A stretch of 64,000 bases of DNA from an uncultured Acidobacteriota bacterium. GTDB taxonomy: Bacteria > Acidobacteriota > UBA6911 > RPQK01 > JAPXNP01. Positions within the stretch are counted from its first letter, which is position 1; each line of letters starts with the position of its first letter. The notes below the pieces were generated by a model that ran no database searches, was not told the DNA's origin, and saw nothing but the letters and a program-made list of their open reading frames with translations. A program made the translations under genes and the position numbers. Location of the stretch: NCBI GenBank assembly GCA_963823995.1, contig CAWGNQ010000009.1, forward strand, positions 173,079-237,078. The letters are read 5' to 3'. This document shows positions 45,137 to 53,681 of the stretch, in pieces.

Positions 45137-46735
45137 ATGCAGAAACCGGACCTGAAGCGACTGAACGAGATCTTCTTTTCCTGCGACAAGGCCGAACTCC
45201 TGCGCATCTTCGAAGAGTTGCTCAGCGCCATGGAGGCCGAGGAGTCCGTGCCTCCGGCCAAGACAATGTCGCAGAACTACGAAACGGCGCAAGCCAATCC
45301 GGAGATCAATACCCTTCCGGGGAATCTCAAGGATGCCCGCGATTCCGTCTTTCCCTTCTTCTGGGGAACGGACGGCTGGTACTCCAAACTCCACCTCGAG
45401 AATGTGAAGGGACCGGCGAACTTCGCCTCGCTGGTCGGTGCTCTGGCCTGCCTGCTGAAAAACCCCAACCTGTGCGTGGACACCTACAGCCAGCGCTCGA
45501 ACGAGCTGGAGGTCAAGGCGATCACGTCACTTGCGAACCTGCTCTTCTACCATATCGACTCGCCGTGGGGAGTTTTCACGGCGGGCGGGACCATCTCCAA
45601 TCTCTATGCGGGAAAGATCGGCATCGAAAAGGTCTATCCCCAGGCCCTTCGCTCGGGACTCGGGGGAGAACGACTGGCCGGCATCGTTTCGAAGGCCGCC
45701 CACTACTCGAATACGACGCTGGCCAGCTGGCTCGGCCTGGGCACCGACAACCTCCACTCGATCCCGACCGATGAGAACTGCGCCATACGGCTTGACCTTC
45801 TGGCGGACAAACTGGACGAACTTTACGGATCGGGTGTCAAGGTCGCATTCATCATCGCAACTTTCGGCAGCACTGACGGATTCGGTATCGACGACGTGGA
45901 GGGGGTCAGAAGAATCGCGGAAGAGAAGGCGGGAGAATACGACCTGCCGGTTCCCCAGATCCATGCGGATGCCGCCGTCGGGTGGACGCTCTGCTTCCTG
46001 ATGGAATACGACACGGTGACGAATCCTTTCGGGTTCGTCCCGGAGATCTTGCCGCTGATCGACCAGGCTCGCACGTTCTGCCGGACCCTGCGGTATGCCG
46101 ATTCGGTCACGATCGATTTCCACAAGATGGGATGGGGACACTATCCGGCGAGTGCCTTCGTGGTCAATCATCGGGACGATCTCGTCCACTTGTTTCGCAG
46201 CAAAGAGGAGGTCCCGTACTTTTCGGAGGCTGAATATCGTCGTGATCCGGCCTTGTTTACGCTCGAGTGCTCCCGGCCCGGCATCGGTCCTTACTCCGTC
46301 ATGGCCAGTCTGAACGGGATCGGGCTGACCGGCTACCAAATCCTGGTGGCGCACTCACTGGAAATGTCCCTTTATCTAAGGCAGCGGCTGGAGGCTCTCG
46401 ATTACTGCAAGGTACTGAATCTGAACAGTGTCGGGACCAATGTGGTCTGGTGGGTGCTGCCCAAGGGACGCAACGCCGGCGAGATCCTGCGGTGCATCGA
46501 AGCGGGAGAACTCGCTGAGAACGATTGCCGCCGTTACTTCAAGGAGGTCCGGCATCTCTTCGATAAGCGCCGCGAGACGCTCGACCCGAAGAAGGACGCC
46601 CACCTGAGCTTTACGACCTCGATGGGCTATACGCCCCACGGCATCGCGCTACCGGCCTGGAAAGCGGTTTTCTTCAACCCCAAGACCGACCGGGAAGTCA
46701 TCGACCAGCTGATTCAAAGCATCGAAGAGCTGTAA
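45137..46735 (+). CDS. pyridoxal-dependent (group II-like) amino acid decarboxylase
   Basis: FTAGGTISNLYAGKIG, IHADAAVGW, SVTIDFHKMGWGHYP (PLP lysine). ATG 45137; TTG 45125 is the track start. Confidence 0.8.
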   Translation: MQKPDLKRLNEIFFSCDKAELLRIFEELLSAMEAEESVPPAKTMSQNYETAQANPEINTLPGNLKDARDSVFPFFWGTDGWYSKLHLENVKGPANFASLVGALACLLKNPNLCVDTYSQRSNELEVKAITSLANLLFYHIDSPWGVFTAGGTISNLYAGKIGIEKVYPQALRSGLGGERLAGIVSKAAHYSNTTLASWLGLGTDNLHSIPTDENCAIRLDLLADKLDELYGSGVKVAFIIATFGSTDGFGIDDVEGVRRIAEEKAGEYDLPVPQIHADAAVGWTLCFLMEYDTVTNPFGFVPEILPLIDQARTFCRTLRYADSVTIDFHKMGWGHYPASAFVVNHRDDLVHLFRSKEEVPYFSEAEYRRDPALFTLECSRPGIGPYSVMASLNGIGLTGYQILVAHSLEMSLYLRQRLEALDYCKVLNLNSVGTNVVWWVLPKGRNAGEILRCIEAGELAENDCRRYFKEVRHLFDKRRETLDPKKDAHLSFTTSMGYTPHGIALPAWKAVFFNPKTDREVIDQLIQSIEEL

Positions 46736-46813
46736 GTGGGAGTTTCACTGGAATCCGGCGCAGCTCAGCAACGGGCTTTCCGTGCTTGGCAATCACCACT
46801 GTCTGAACCCGGC

Positions 46814-47827
46814 TCATCCGGTATCCGGAGGCATTTCGCCTGGAACTCCGTTGCGCTGACCTTTCTTCTTTTCGGCTGCATCGATTCTGTTCGGTGGGTG
46901 TCGCAGAGCTTCTTGCAGAAAACCCGCCGCCTCTTCCAGAGCCTGTCGGCCCAACTCGAGAACCCCGGCCATCTGGAAGAAACCGTGGATCGCTCCCTTA
47001 TACCGCGTGCTGACGACCGATACCCCCGCTTCCCGCAGTCGTCGGGCATAAGTTTCCCCCTCGTCCCTGAGAGAGTCGAACTCGGCGGTTTGGACCAGGG
47101 CCGGCGGCAATCCCCGCAGGTCCCCGGCAAAGAAGGGGGAAGCCAGTGGATTCTTCCGGTCGACCTCCCCGCCGAGGTACTCGCGCCAACCCCGCATCAT
47201 GTCCTCACTGCCCGGCCCGTAGCCGGAAGCAAACGTCCGATGGCTTTCGCAACTGCAGGTCGCGTCGAGCATCGGATAAACGAGCATCTGACACTGAAGC
47301 GAGCTCCCTTGCCGGTCCCGATCGAGAAGCGCGACAGCCGCGGCAAGATTGGCGCCGACACTGTCTCCTCCCACACCGATGCGTCCGGTGTCGACGCCCA
47401 ACTGTTGGCCGTTCGTCAATAGCCACGTCGCAGTGTCGTAGGCGTCGTCGAGCGCCGCCGGAAATCGATGCTCGGGCGCGAGGCGATAGTCGACGGACAC
47501 GACGATGCATCGGGAACGCGCCGCGAGATCGCGACAGACAGGATCGTGGGTCTCCAGGTCACCGCTGAAGAATCGGCCTCCGTGGAAGTAGAGCAAAGCC
47601 GGAAGAGCCGGGTCTCCGCTTGCTCCGTAAACCCGAATCGGAATCGGACCCTTTCGACCTACGACCGTGCGATTCTCCACGCGCGTCAACGGGCGGGGCT
47701 CACCGGCCAGCTCGCGCATCTGAAGGTACTTCTCTCTGGTCTCCGCAACGCTGAGCGCACTCCGCGGACGCGGATCGGCGGCATGCAGCCGTTCGAGCAG
47801 CTCTTTGACCTCGCTGGCGACCGGCAT
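46814..47827 (-). CDS. alpha/beta hydrolase fold-3 esterase/lipase (HSL-like)
   Basis: LLYFHGGRFFSG (HGG oxyanion motif), GVGGDSVGANLA (GxSxG), DSLRDEG, IHGF. Confidence 0.85.
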   Translation of the reverse strand: MPVASEVKELLERLHAADPRPRSALSVAETREKYLQMRELAGEPRPLTRVENRTVVGRKGPIPIRVYGASGDPALPALLYFHGGRFFSGDLETHDPVCRDLAARSRCIVVSVDYRLAPEHRFPAALDDAYDTATWLLTNGQQLGVDTGRIGVGGDSVGANLAAAVALLDRDRQGSSLQCQMLVYPMLDATCSCESHRTFASGYGPGSEDMMRGWREYLGGEVDRKNPLASPFFAGDLRGLPPALVQTAEFDSLRDEGETYARRLREAGVSVVSTRYKGAIHGFFQMAGVLELGRQALEEAAGFLQEALRHPPNRIDAAEKKKGQRNGVPGEMPPDTG

Positions 47828-47832
47828 GTTGC

Positions 47833-48387
47833 CTACTCGGACTCGAGACAGTTGAAGACTTCGCGGTAGAACTCGGGATGGGACTGCCAGGTCTGGCCCG
47901 TCACAATCTTCCCGTCCCTCACGGCCTCCGGTGTGCCGAAGGTGCCTCCGGCCAGTTCCAGCTCATTCCGGACGTTCTCGTAACAGGTGAGGTGTCGACC
48001 CTTGACCAGGCCCGCGGCGATCAGGACCTGAATCCCGTGACAGATGGAAAAGACCCACTTGCCGGCCGACTCGAATGCGCGCACGACCTCGAGTAGCTTG
48101 CCGATGTGCCTGAGATACTCCGGAGCCCGGCCTCCCAGAACCAGGATCGCGGCATAATCGGCCACCACGGCTTCATCGAACGTGATATCGGACTCGAGCC
48201 CGTAGCCCTGGCGTTCGACGTAGGTGTCCCATCCGGGCTCGAAATCGTGCATGACCAGATGGAGGCGTCGTTTGCTCGGTGCCGCCACTACCGGTTCATA
48301 GCCCGCTTCCCGGAAGCGATGTACGGCGTACAGCGCTTCATAGCTTTCCCCCGCATCTCCAGTAACGATCAAAATCTTCTTGCCCAA
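47833..48387 (-). CDS. DJ-1/PfpI family protein
   Basis: TTG at 48387, 7 nt after GGAAGGAG, gives (M)GKKILIVTGDAGESYE. Nucleophile-elbow block VFSICHGIQVL. The stop lies 5 nt before the esterase start. Confidence 0.85.
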   Translation of the reverse strand: MGKKILIVTGDAGESYEALYAVHRFREAGYEPVVAAPSKRRLHLVMHDFEPGWDTYVERQGYGLESDITFDEAVVADYAAILVLGGRAPEYLRHIGKLLEVVRAFESAGKWVFSICHGIQVLIAAGLVKGRHLTCYENVRNELELAGGTFGTPEAVRDGKIVTGQTWQSHPEFYREVFNCLESE

Positions 48388-48693
48388 GTTTGCACTCCTT
48401 CCTTTGCGACGGCCCGGAGCGTTGTCCAAGGACCGGCTTGGGCAAGATTATGCCACGGTGATCCCGGTAAACATGAAGACACGAAAACTGCAGTTCGAAG
48501 TGCGCGAGGGAGAAAGTGCGAACAGGGAGGTGCGAAGTGCGACAAGAGCACGTTGTCGGGAGACGTTCTCGAAACCCGAAACCCGCGACCCGAGACCCGT
48601 AGGCTGACAACCTCTGGCCAGGACTTGACATATAGGGAGCAGGCTTGGGATTTGGCGCCCCTGGTCCCTTGGAGCCTTGGCGCTTTGAAGAAG

Positions 48694-48779
48694 TGCCGGA
48701 GGGGGGACTTGAACCCCCACGAGTGTCGCCACCCGCCGGATTTTGAGTCCGGTGCGTCTGCCAATTCCGCCACTCCGGC
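48694..48779 (-). tRNA. tRNA-Leu (anticodon CAA), 86 nt, no encoded CCA
   Basis: Minus-strand read: GCCGGAGTGGCGGAATTGGCAGACGCACCGGACTCAAAATCCGGCGGGTGGCGACACTCGTGGGGGTTCAAGTCCCCCCTCCGGCA. Acceptor stem is GCCGGAG/CTCCGGC and D stem is GCG/CGC. Anticodon stem is CCGGA/TCCGG with loop CTCAAAA. A long variable arm (GGGTG..CACTC) and T arm GGGGG-TTCAAGT-CCCCC complete the fold. Confidence 0.95.
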
Positions 48780-48830
48780 ATATGCTGATTCTAAAACATT
48801 TACGATCAGAAAACCTCAGTCCAGATTCCG

Positions 48831-49490
48831 TCATTGTCGCACCATGATCCCGTAATGTTCCACTTGCGCGGAAATCTCGGCCTCGAGGTCGGCGACTCGA
48901 AAGACCTCGTCCTGGGCATGACTCTGTGCGAAATGTGCGTATCTCTGAGTCACCGTGATCGAAGAATGGCCGAGGAGTTCCTGGACCGTCCGCAGATCAA
49001 CCCTCATGCGGAACAGGGTGTCTTTCGAGATCCCCAGGAACCGGGCGGCATCGCTCGTACCAAACAGGGCCTGTGATGCAACGGTTTTGATTGCCAGCAC
49101 TTTCGTCTCACTCCTCAAGGGCCCCCTCTCGGTCCTTCGGCTGGTCAGGGTCACCTGCTTGACCCCCTTCTTCAGGGGCACCAGGTAGTCCAGGCAGACC
49201 TCGGCGGGGACCTCCCCGTCCACCGCTCCCACCGCCCAGGCGTACAGGTCAGCTGGTCGCTCTTCGCGGCCATGTCCTCGCTCGGGGATTTCTTGGAGGT
49301 CTTGGTGTCCCGGAACCGCCCAGACTCCTCGATGTCGATGAAGCCGACCAGGTCGTAGTCCGGGTTGTCCAGGGGCAGAATGAACTTCCTCTGGACGTAG
49401 ATCGGGTTCAGCTTCGGCGGCAGGTGCAGGGCGTGGTGCTCGGCCAGGGCAAGCGGCTTAGTTTCGAGAATTACATCTCCCTTGCGGAAA
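48831..49490 (-). pseudogene. mosaic remnant: PD-(D/E)XK nuclease fragment (frameshifted) + excisionase-type HTH fragment + tyrosine recombinase C-terminal fragment
   Basis: My translation of the minus strand 49490->49240 reads ..LPLDNPDYDLVGFIDIEESGRFRDTKTSKKSPSEDMAAKSDQLT. After a frameshift it continues (ORF 48831..49232) AVDGEVPAEVCLDYLVPLKKGVKQVTLTS. The segment TSDAARFLGISKDTLFRM is HTH-like. It ends with LRTVQELLGHSSITVTQRYAH, the integrase catalytic-Tyr region. None of the parts is full length. Confidence 0.6.
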
Positions 49491-49592
49491 TGTAGTTGAC
49501 GCCGGGGACTGCCCCGACCAGAGCTCGTGCGAAGCGCGAACTCCCAAGTGCGATCCGAATCGACGTATTCGGGCCTTCTTCGCCCTTCGACC

Positions 49593-49725
49593 CTCGCACT
49601 TGCCCGCTCGTACCTGACGGCTCGATCTCACGCCACGGCCGCCACGACCGCAACGGGTCCATTTGGGTTCAAAGCCCGTGGCGCCCGCTGCGACCCTGGC
49701 GTGGAGTTGGTTGGTGACTCGCCCT
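49593..49725. mobile_element. partial, inverted, diverged copy of family A element
   Basis: ACCTGACGGCTCGATCTCACGCCACGGCCGCCACGACCGCAACGGGTCCATTTGGGTTCAAAGCCCGTGGCGCCCGCTGCG aligns with the reverse complement of copy 2 (ACCTCAGCGGTTCGACCCCACGCGGCGGACGCTGCGGACGCAACGGGGCCTTCCGGGTTCGGAGCCCGTGGCGGTCGTTGCG). Confidence 0.45.
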
Positions 49726-49753
49726 TCCCCCTCCCACCACCCAACCGCGAAGT

Positions 49754-49873
49754 CAGAGCCCGAGCGAAGCGAGTGGTCCCCAGCTTTCGCCCGTCGGGGA
49801 AGGACGCAATGCCGGAAGCTTGCGCTGTCATATCGGAGCGCCCGTCGGGGTCCCTCGCTTCGCTCGGGCTCTG
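49754..49873. repeat. family B inverted-repeat element (27-bp arms, ~65-bp spacer)
   Basis: CAGAGCCCGAGCGAAGCGAGTGGTCCCC (49754-49781) pairs with GGGGTCCCTCGCTTCGCTCGGGCTCTG (49847-49873). The same arm sequence family recurs at 63355-63508. Confidence 0.65.
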
Positions 49874-50493
49874 AAAGGCGGCATGCAGGCCGCATCGGGT
49901 CATGGGAACACCCGTTGCGGCGCTGCGGACGCTGCGTGGAGTCGACCCATCGACGGCCCCGCATTCGTCCCCCGACCGACCCACCTCCACGCCGCCGCAC
50001 AGGCCACGAGTTGGAGTCTGTCCCTAAGAGCCGCCTGACTCCCTGGCTCGCATCAGAAGACTCTGTTCACCGCCGCTTACAGACGCGATACGTGCGTGTC
50101 ACCATTCTCCCCCGTTTCGGTTGAGGTCAGACGTTTGATGGCAGGAGGACGCCGGCGCACGACGTGACGGGCTCGGCACCCTGAAAGGGCAGCCTTATCC
50201 GAGAGCCGTGGGCAGAGCCCGGGCCCCGCCCGGGCGGCGCCCACGGACCATGTCAATGTGCACGTGGTGAGCGCTGAAGGCGCGACTCCATGCCGCGATC
50301 GAACGGGCCGGCATGCGGGTGCATTGAATCGCGCCTACAGCGCTGGGGGCATCCTTCGGGCGAGGCTCCGCTTTGGGCGACTGCCCAAAGCTCACGGATG
50401 AGACGACGCCGTTGGCGTCTTCACGCCATGTGGAACCCTGTAAGTCTCAGCGTTTACCGCCTTTTGCGGTCGTTTGCTGGGGTGCAGGTCGTA

Positions 50494-50535
50494 GATCTTG
50501 AGTCCGGTACGTCTGCCAGTTCCGCCACTCCGGCA
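50494..50535 (-). repeat. duplicated 5' half of tRNA-Leu(CAA) (fragment, not a functional tRNA)
   Basis: Plus strand GATCTTGAGTCCGGTACGTCTGCCAGTTCCGCCACTCCGGCA compared with 48739-48780 GATTTTGAGTCCGGTGCGTCTGCCAATTCCGCCACTCCGGCA: 39 of 42 positions identical by manual alignment. It covers the acceptor 5' strand, D arm and anticodon stem-loop only. One mismatch falls in the D stem. Confidence 0.8.
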
Positions 50536-50620
50536 GCGGGCACAGGGTATATCTCAGTTCCGGGTGAGTTGTCCGGCTCTTGCGAATTCTGCCGCGCTGG
50601 CCGATCCTTGGGCGGATCCT

Positions 50621-51979
50621 ATGGAGACGCCGCACGCACGCAAGGAACGTAACCCGGTCGAGCGCCTGCTACAGCTCGTCACCGAGGTGCGTGCCGGAGA
50701 AGGCACGACGGCCCTCCTGATGACCCTGAACATCTTCCTGATTCTGGCGGCTTACTATCTCCTGAAACCGTTACGCGAAGGTTTCATGAGTCGCATCGAA
50801 GGCTGGCAGGAGATCACCAGCTATCTCTCGGCAGCCATGGCCCTCCTGCTGATCCCCACCGTCAAGGCCTATGGCCGAGTTGCCGGTCGATACGCCCGGC
50901 GAAACCTCATCAGCTTCGTGACGGCCTTCTTCATCACGAACCTGATCGCCTTCTACATTCTCCTGCGAATCGACGTTCCTTACCTCGGGATCCTCTATTA
51001 TGTGTGGCTTGGCATCTTCAACAATATGGTCATTGCCCAGTTCTGGGCCTACGGGAACGACATCTACGACCCCGACCAGGGGAAGCGTCTCTTCCCGATG
51101 ATCCAGTTTGGAGGGTCATTGGGAGCGATCCTGGGACCCGTACTCGCTTCGCGGGCGGCCCACCTGTCGGCCGGCTCGCTCCTGCTGCTGGCCGGGTTCA
51201 TCCTGCTGCTCTGTATCGGGATGACCAACTGGATCGATCTCCGCCCCCGTGCAGAACGCCCGGCCGCCGATGCCACAAAAGCCCAGAGGCCGCTCGGTGG
51301 CGCGGGGGGGTTCCAGCTCGTCTGGAGGCACCGCTACCTCCTCTACCTGGCTCTCCTGATCCTGGTTCTCAACTGGGTCAACAGCAACGGCGAGTATATT
51401 CTGCGGAGGATCGTCGCAGGAGCCGCCCACGACAGCGTCGCCGCCCGCGGGCTGAATCCTCGGACTCCCGCGGGGGAACTCGCAACGGCGACTTTCATTC
51501 GGTACTTTTACGCGAGCTTCCAGTTCTGGCAGAACCTCCTGGTCCTGTTGATCCAAGCCTTCCTCGTCTCGCGCATCCTCAAGTTCCTGGGTGTTGCCCG
51601 GTCCGTCTTCATCCCCGCCCTGCTGGCTCTGTGCGGCTACGGCTTCATGGCCTTTCTGCCGATCCTGGTGATCGTCCGTACCGCCAAGATCATCGAAAAC
51701 GCCGACGATTATTCCCTGATGAACACGCTCCGGGCTGCGCTCTTCCTGCCGACGACGCGGGAGATGAAATACAAGGCCAAGCAGGCCATCGACACCTTCT
51801 TTGTTCGCTTGGGCGACGTCGCCCACGCGGCGACGGTCGCCCTTGCCGGCCTTCTGGCGGTCAGTGCTCGCGGATTTGCCCGTCTGACGCTCATTCTCGT
51901 CCTGATTTGGCTCGCTTTGGCCTGGCTGTTGGCGCGCGAACATCGCAAGCTGGCGCAGACGCGCGAGATTTCCGACTAA
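50621..51979 (+). CDS. TLC/Npt-like (ATP:ADP antiporter family-related) MFS-type transporter
   Basis: ATG 50621 (METPHARKERNPVERLLQLVTEVRAGEGTTALLMTLNIFLILAAYYLLKPLRE). The YYVWLGIFNNMVIAQFWAYGNDIY..GKRLFPMIQFGGSLGAILGP block is typical of this family. ~12 hydrophobic segments. Confidence 0.7.
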   Translation: METPHARKERNPVERLLQLVTEVRAGEGTTALLMTLNIFLILAAYYLLKPLREGFMSRIEGWQEITSYLSAAMALLLIPTVKAYGRVAGRYARRNLISFVTAFFITNLIAFYILLRIDVPYLGILYYVWLGIFNNMVIAQFWAYGNDIYDPDQGKRLFPMIQFGGSLGAILGPVLASRAAHLSAGSLLLLAGFILLLCIGMTNWIDLRPRAERPAADATKAQRPLGGAGGFQLVWRHRYLLYLALLILVLNWVNSNGEYILRRIVAGAAHDSVAARGLNPRTPAGELATATFIRYFYASFQFWQNLLVLLIQAFLVSRILKFLGVARSVFIPALLALCGYGFMAFLPILVIVRTAKIIENADDYSLMNTLRAALFLPTTREMKYKAKQAIDTFFVRLGDVAHAATVALAGLLAVSARGFARLTLILVLIWLALAWLLAREHRKLAQTREISD

Positions 51980-52062
51980 AGTCGCGCCAGTGTGCATCCG
52001 AAGCATAAAGAGAACGTGTCGATGCTGTCGCAACTGGAGGTTCTCCGGCCGGACCGGACGAA

Positions 52063-52481
52063 ATGGTTGGCGTGATTCTGTTTCTCTTGCTGCTGACCGT
52101 TTCGACTGCCGCCGGACAGGAACTGGCGGTGGTGCACTACGGCGTTCGCGACGGGCTGCCGTCCTCCTACATTACGTGCCTGACCCAGGATCCGGACGGC
52201 CGTCTCTGGATCGGACATTCGGTGGGAATCTCCTCGTACGACGGGCGGGAGTTCCGAACCTGGACTGCCGACGCCTCAAATCGTCCGTGGAAGCCCAGGG
52301 AATCGTCACTGCGACCGGGGTCACCATCAAGGCCACGATCTCCGGCGGGATCGCAACTTATGAAGCCCGATTGTGCCCCGACGGGGAGTCGGCTGGACAG
52401 CTCGTTCGTACCGCCGACCAGGGCCTTTATCAAGCCAAACAGAGGGGCCGCAGCCGGATCATCCTCGCCGATCCGATGTAG
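52063..52481 (+). pseudogene. remnant of a sensor diguanylate cyclase (N-terminal ~70 codons joined out of frame to the last ~55 codons of a GGDEF domain)
   Basis: Frame 1: signal/TM then VHYGVRDGLPSSYITCLTQDPDGRLWIGHSVGISSYDGREFRTWTA (two-component regulator propeller repeat). Frame 0 (ORF 51990..52481) ends VTIKATISGGIATYEARLCPDGESAGQLVRTADQGLYQAKQRGRSRII, the C-terminal end of a GGDEF domain. The GG(D/E)EF motif itself is absent. Confidence 0.6.
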
Positions 52482-52659
52482 GCCGGATTCCGAGTCGGTC
52501 CCCTTCATTCCGGCCGCAATGGATTCCTGAAGAACCCTCACCTTGACAGCAGCCGGCGCCAGAACTACGCTCAGCGTGACCAACGGAACACAGAGATCCT
52601 GCCCTCCTGTCATCGCAGGCGGGGGAGTGAACCGACTCGAGCAAGAGAGGTGGCCGTCA

Positions 52660-53535
52660 GTGAAATCTTACAGGGGAGACGTGAGTAGACGAAAGTTTGT
52701 CGGAACGATCGCGGCAGCGGCAGCGGCCCTCGGACTGGGCAGTTGCACGGGAGGGTCGGCACCGGAGCCCGAATCCGAAGAGGATCTGCCCATCGGTTTG
52801 CAGCTCTATACCGTGCGGGATGCCGCAGGGACCGATTTCAAGGGGACGTTGGAGAGAGTCCGCAAGATCGGTTACCGGCATTTCGAGTTCGCCGGGTATG
52901 GAGGATTGTCGGCTCCAGAGCTGGCTTCGTTCCTCGACCAGATCGACGCCGATGCGGTTGGCACGCATGTCGGTTTCGAGCAGTCGGAACAGGACCCGGC
53001 GGCAATGATCAGCTACTGCAAAGCCATTGGCACTCCCTATGTCGTGGCTCCCTCAATGCCCGAGGAGATTCGGGGAGGAACGCGCGACCAGATCGTCCAG
53101 TTCGCCCATCAGCTGAGCGATCTCGGCCAGAAGGTCAAGGACGCCGGCATGCAGCTCTGCTACCACAACCACTCGTTCGAGTTCGGGAAGATCGACGGAG
53201 AGACCATCTACGAGATCCTCTTCTCGACGGCGGACCCGAATCTGGTCAAGGCCGAGGTCGACGTGGCCTGGGTCCACCACGCCGGAGTCAGTCCGGTGGC
53301 GCTTCTCGATCAGTGGGGTGAACGCATCCGTCTGCTGCACATGAAGGACATGGACGCGGACGGCCACCTGGCTCCGGTCGGCACGGGGGTCATCGATATG
53401 CCGGCCGTCGTGGCAAAGGCCAAGCAGGTGGGCGTGGACTGGTACATCGTCGAGCAGGACCAGCCCCGCGAGGGCAAGGACATCTTCGACGAAATCACCC
53501 TCAGCCATCAGAACATGGTGAAGCTTCTGAGCTGA
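52660..53535 (+). CDS. Tat-exported lipoprotein, sugar phosphate isomerase/epimerase (xylose isomerase-like TIM barrel) family
   Basis: VSRRKFVGTIAAAAAALGLGSC (twin-arginine signal plus lipobox). LQLYTVRD, GYRHFEFAGY, CYHNHSFEF, AEVDVAW, LHMKD, WYIVEQD. The start is uncertain (GTG 52660 or GTG 52681). Confidence 0.8.
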   Translation: MKSYRGDVSRRKFVGTIAAAAAALGLGSCTGGSAPEPESEEDLPIGLQLYTVRDAAGTDFKGTLERVRKIGYRHFEFAGYGGLSAPELASFLDQIDADAVGTHVGFEQSEQDPAAMISYCKAIGTPYVVAPSMPEEIRGGTRDQIVQFAHQLSDLGQKVKDAGMQLCYHNHSFEFGKIDGETIYEILFSTADPNLVKAEVDVAWVHHAGVSPVALLDQWGERIRLLHMKDMDADGHLAPVGTGVIDMPAVVAKAKQVGVDWYIVEQDQPREGKDIFDEITLSHQNMVKLLS

Positions 53536-53681
53536 AGGATCGTTCGAGACGGCAATTCGCGCTCGGGTCCCTGACTGTCAGGAATCCAAAGTGGCGACTC
53601 GTTATGCGGTGCCACCGGGCCAACCGGCGGCAGAAGCTCCAGGGCTTGGAGATTTCCTCTGACGGCGCAACAGAGACCGAC

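Noticed and set aside
48106-48855. ORFs overlapping the tRNA-Leu locus (48106..48855 +, 48338..48781 -, 48369..48773 -, 48448..48834 -)
   Set aside because: They run through a well-folding tRNA gene and low-complexity repeats. No coding features are present.
49458-50124. ORFs inside the island (180 aa minus, 153 aa plus and others)
   Set aside because: They are Arg/Gly/Pro-rich translations of inverted repeats and decayed sequence. No start context or motifs are present.
50498-50620. N-terminal 41 codons of ORF 50498..51979
   Set aside because: This stretch reads through the tRNA-Leu fragment. The transporter family N-terminus starts at ATG 50621.
51990-52481. 163-aa ORF treated as an independent small GGDEF protein
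   Set aside because: Only the last ~55 residues resemble a GGDEF domain and the active-site motif is missing. It is interpreted as part of a deletion remnant.
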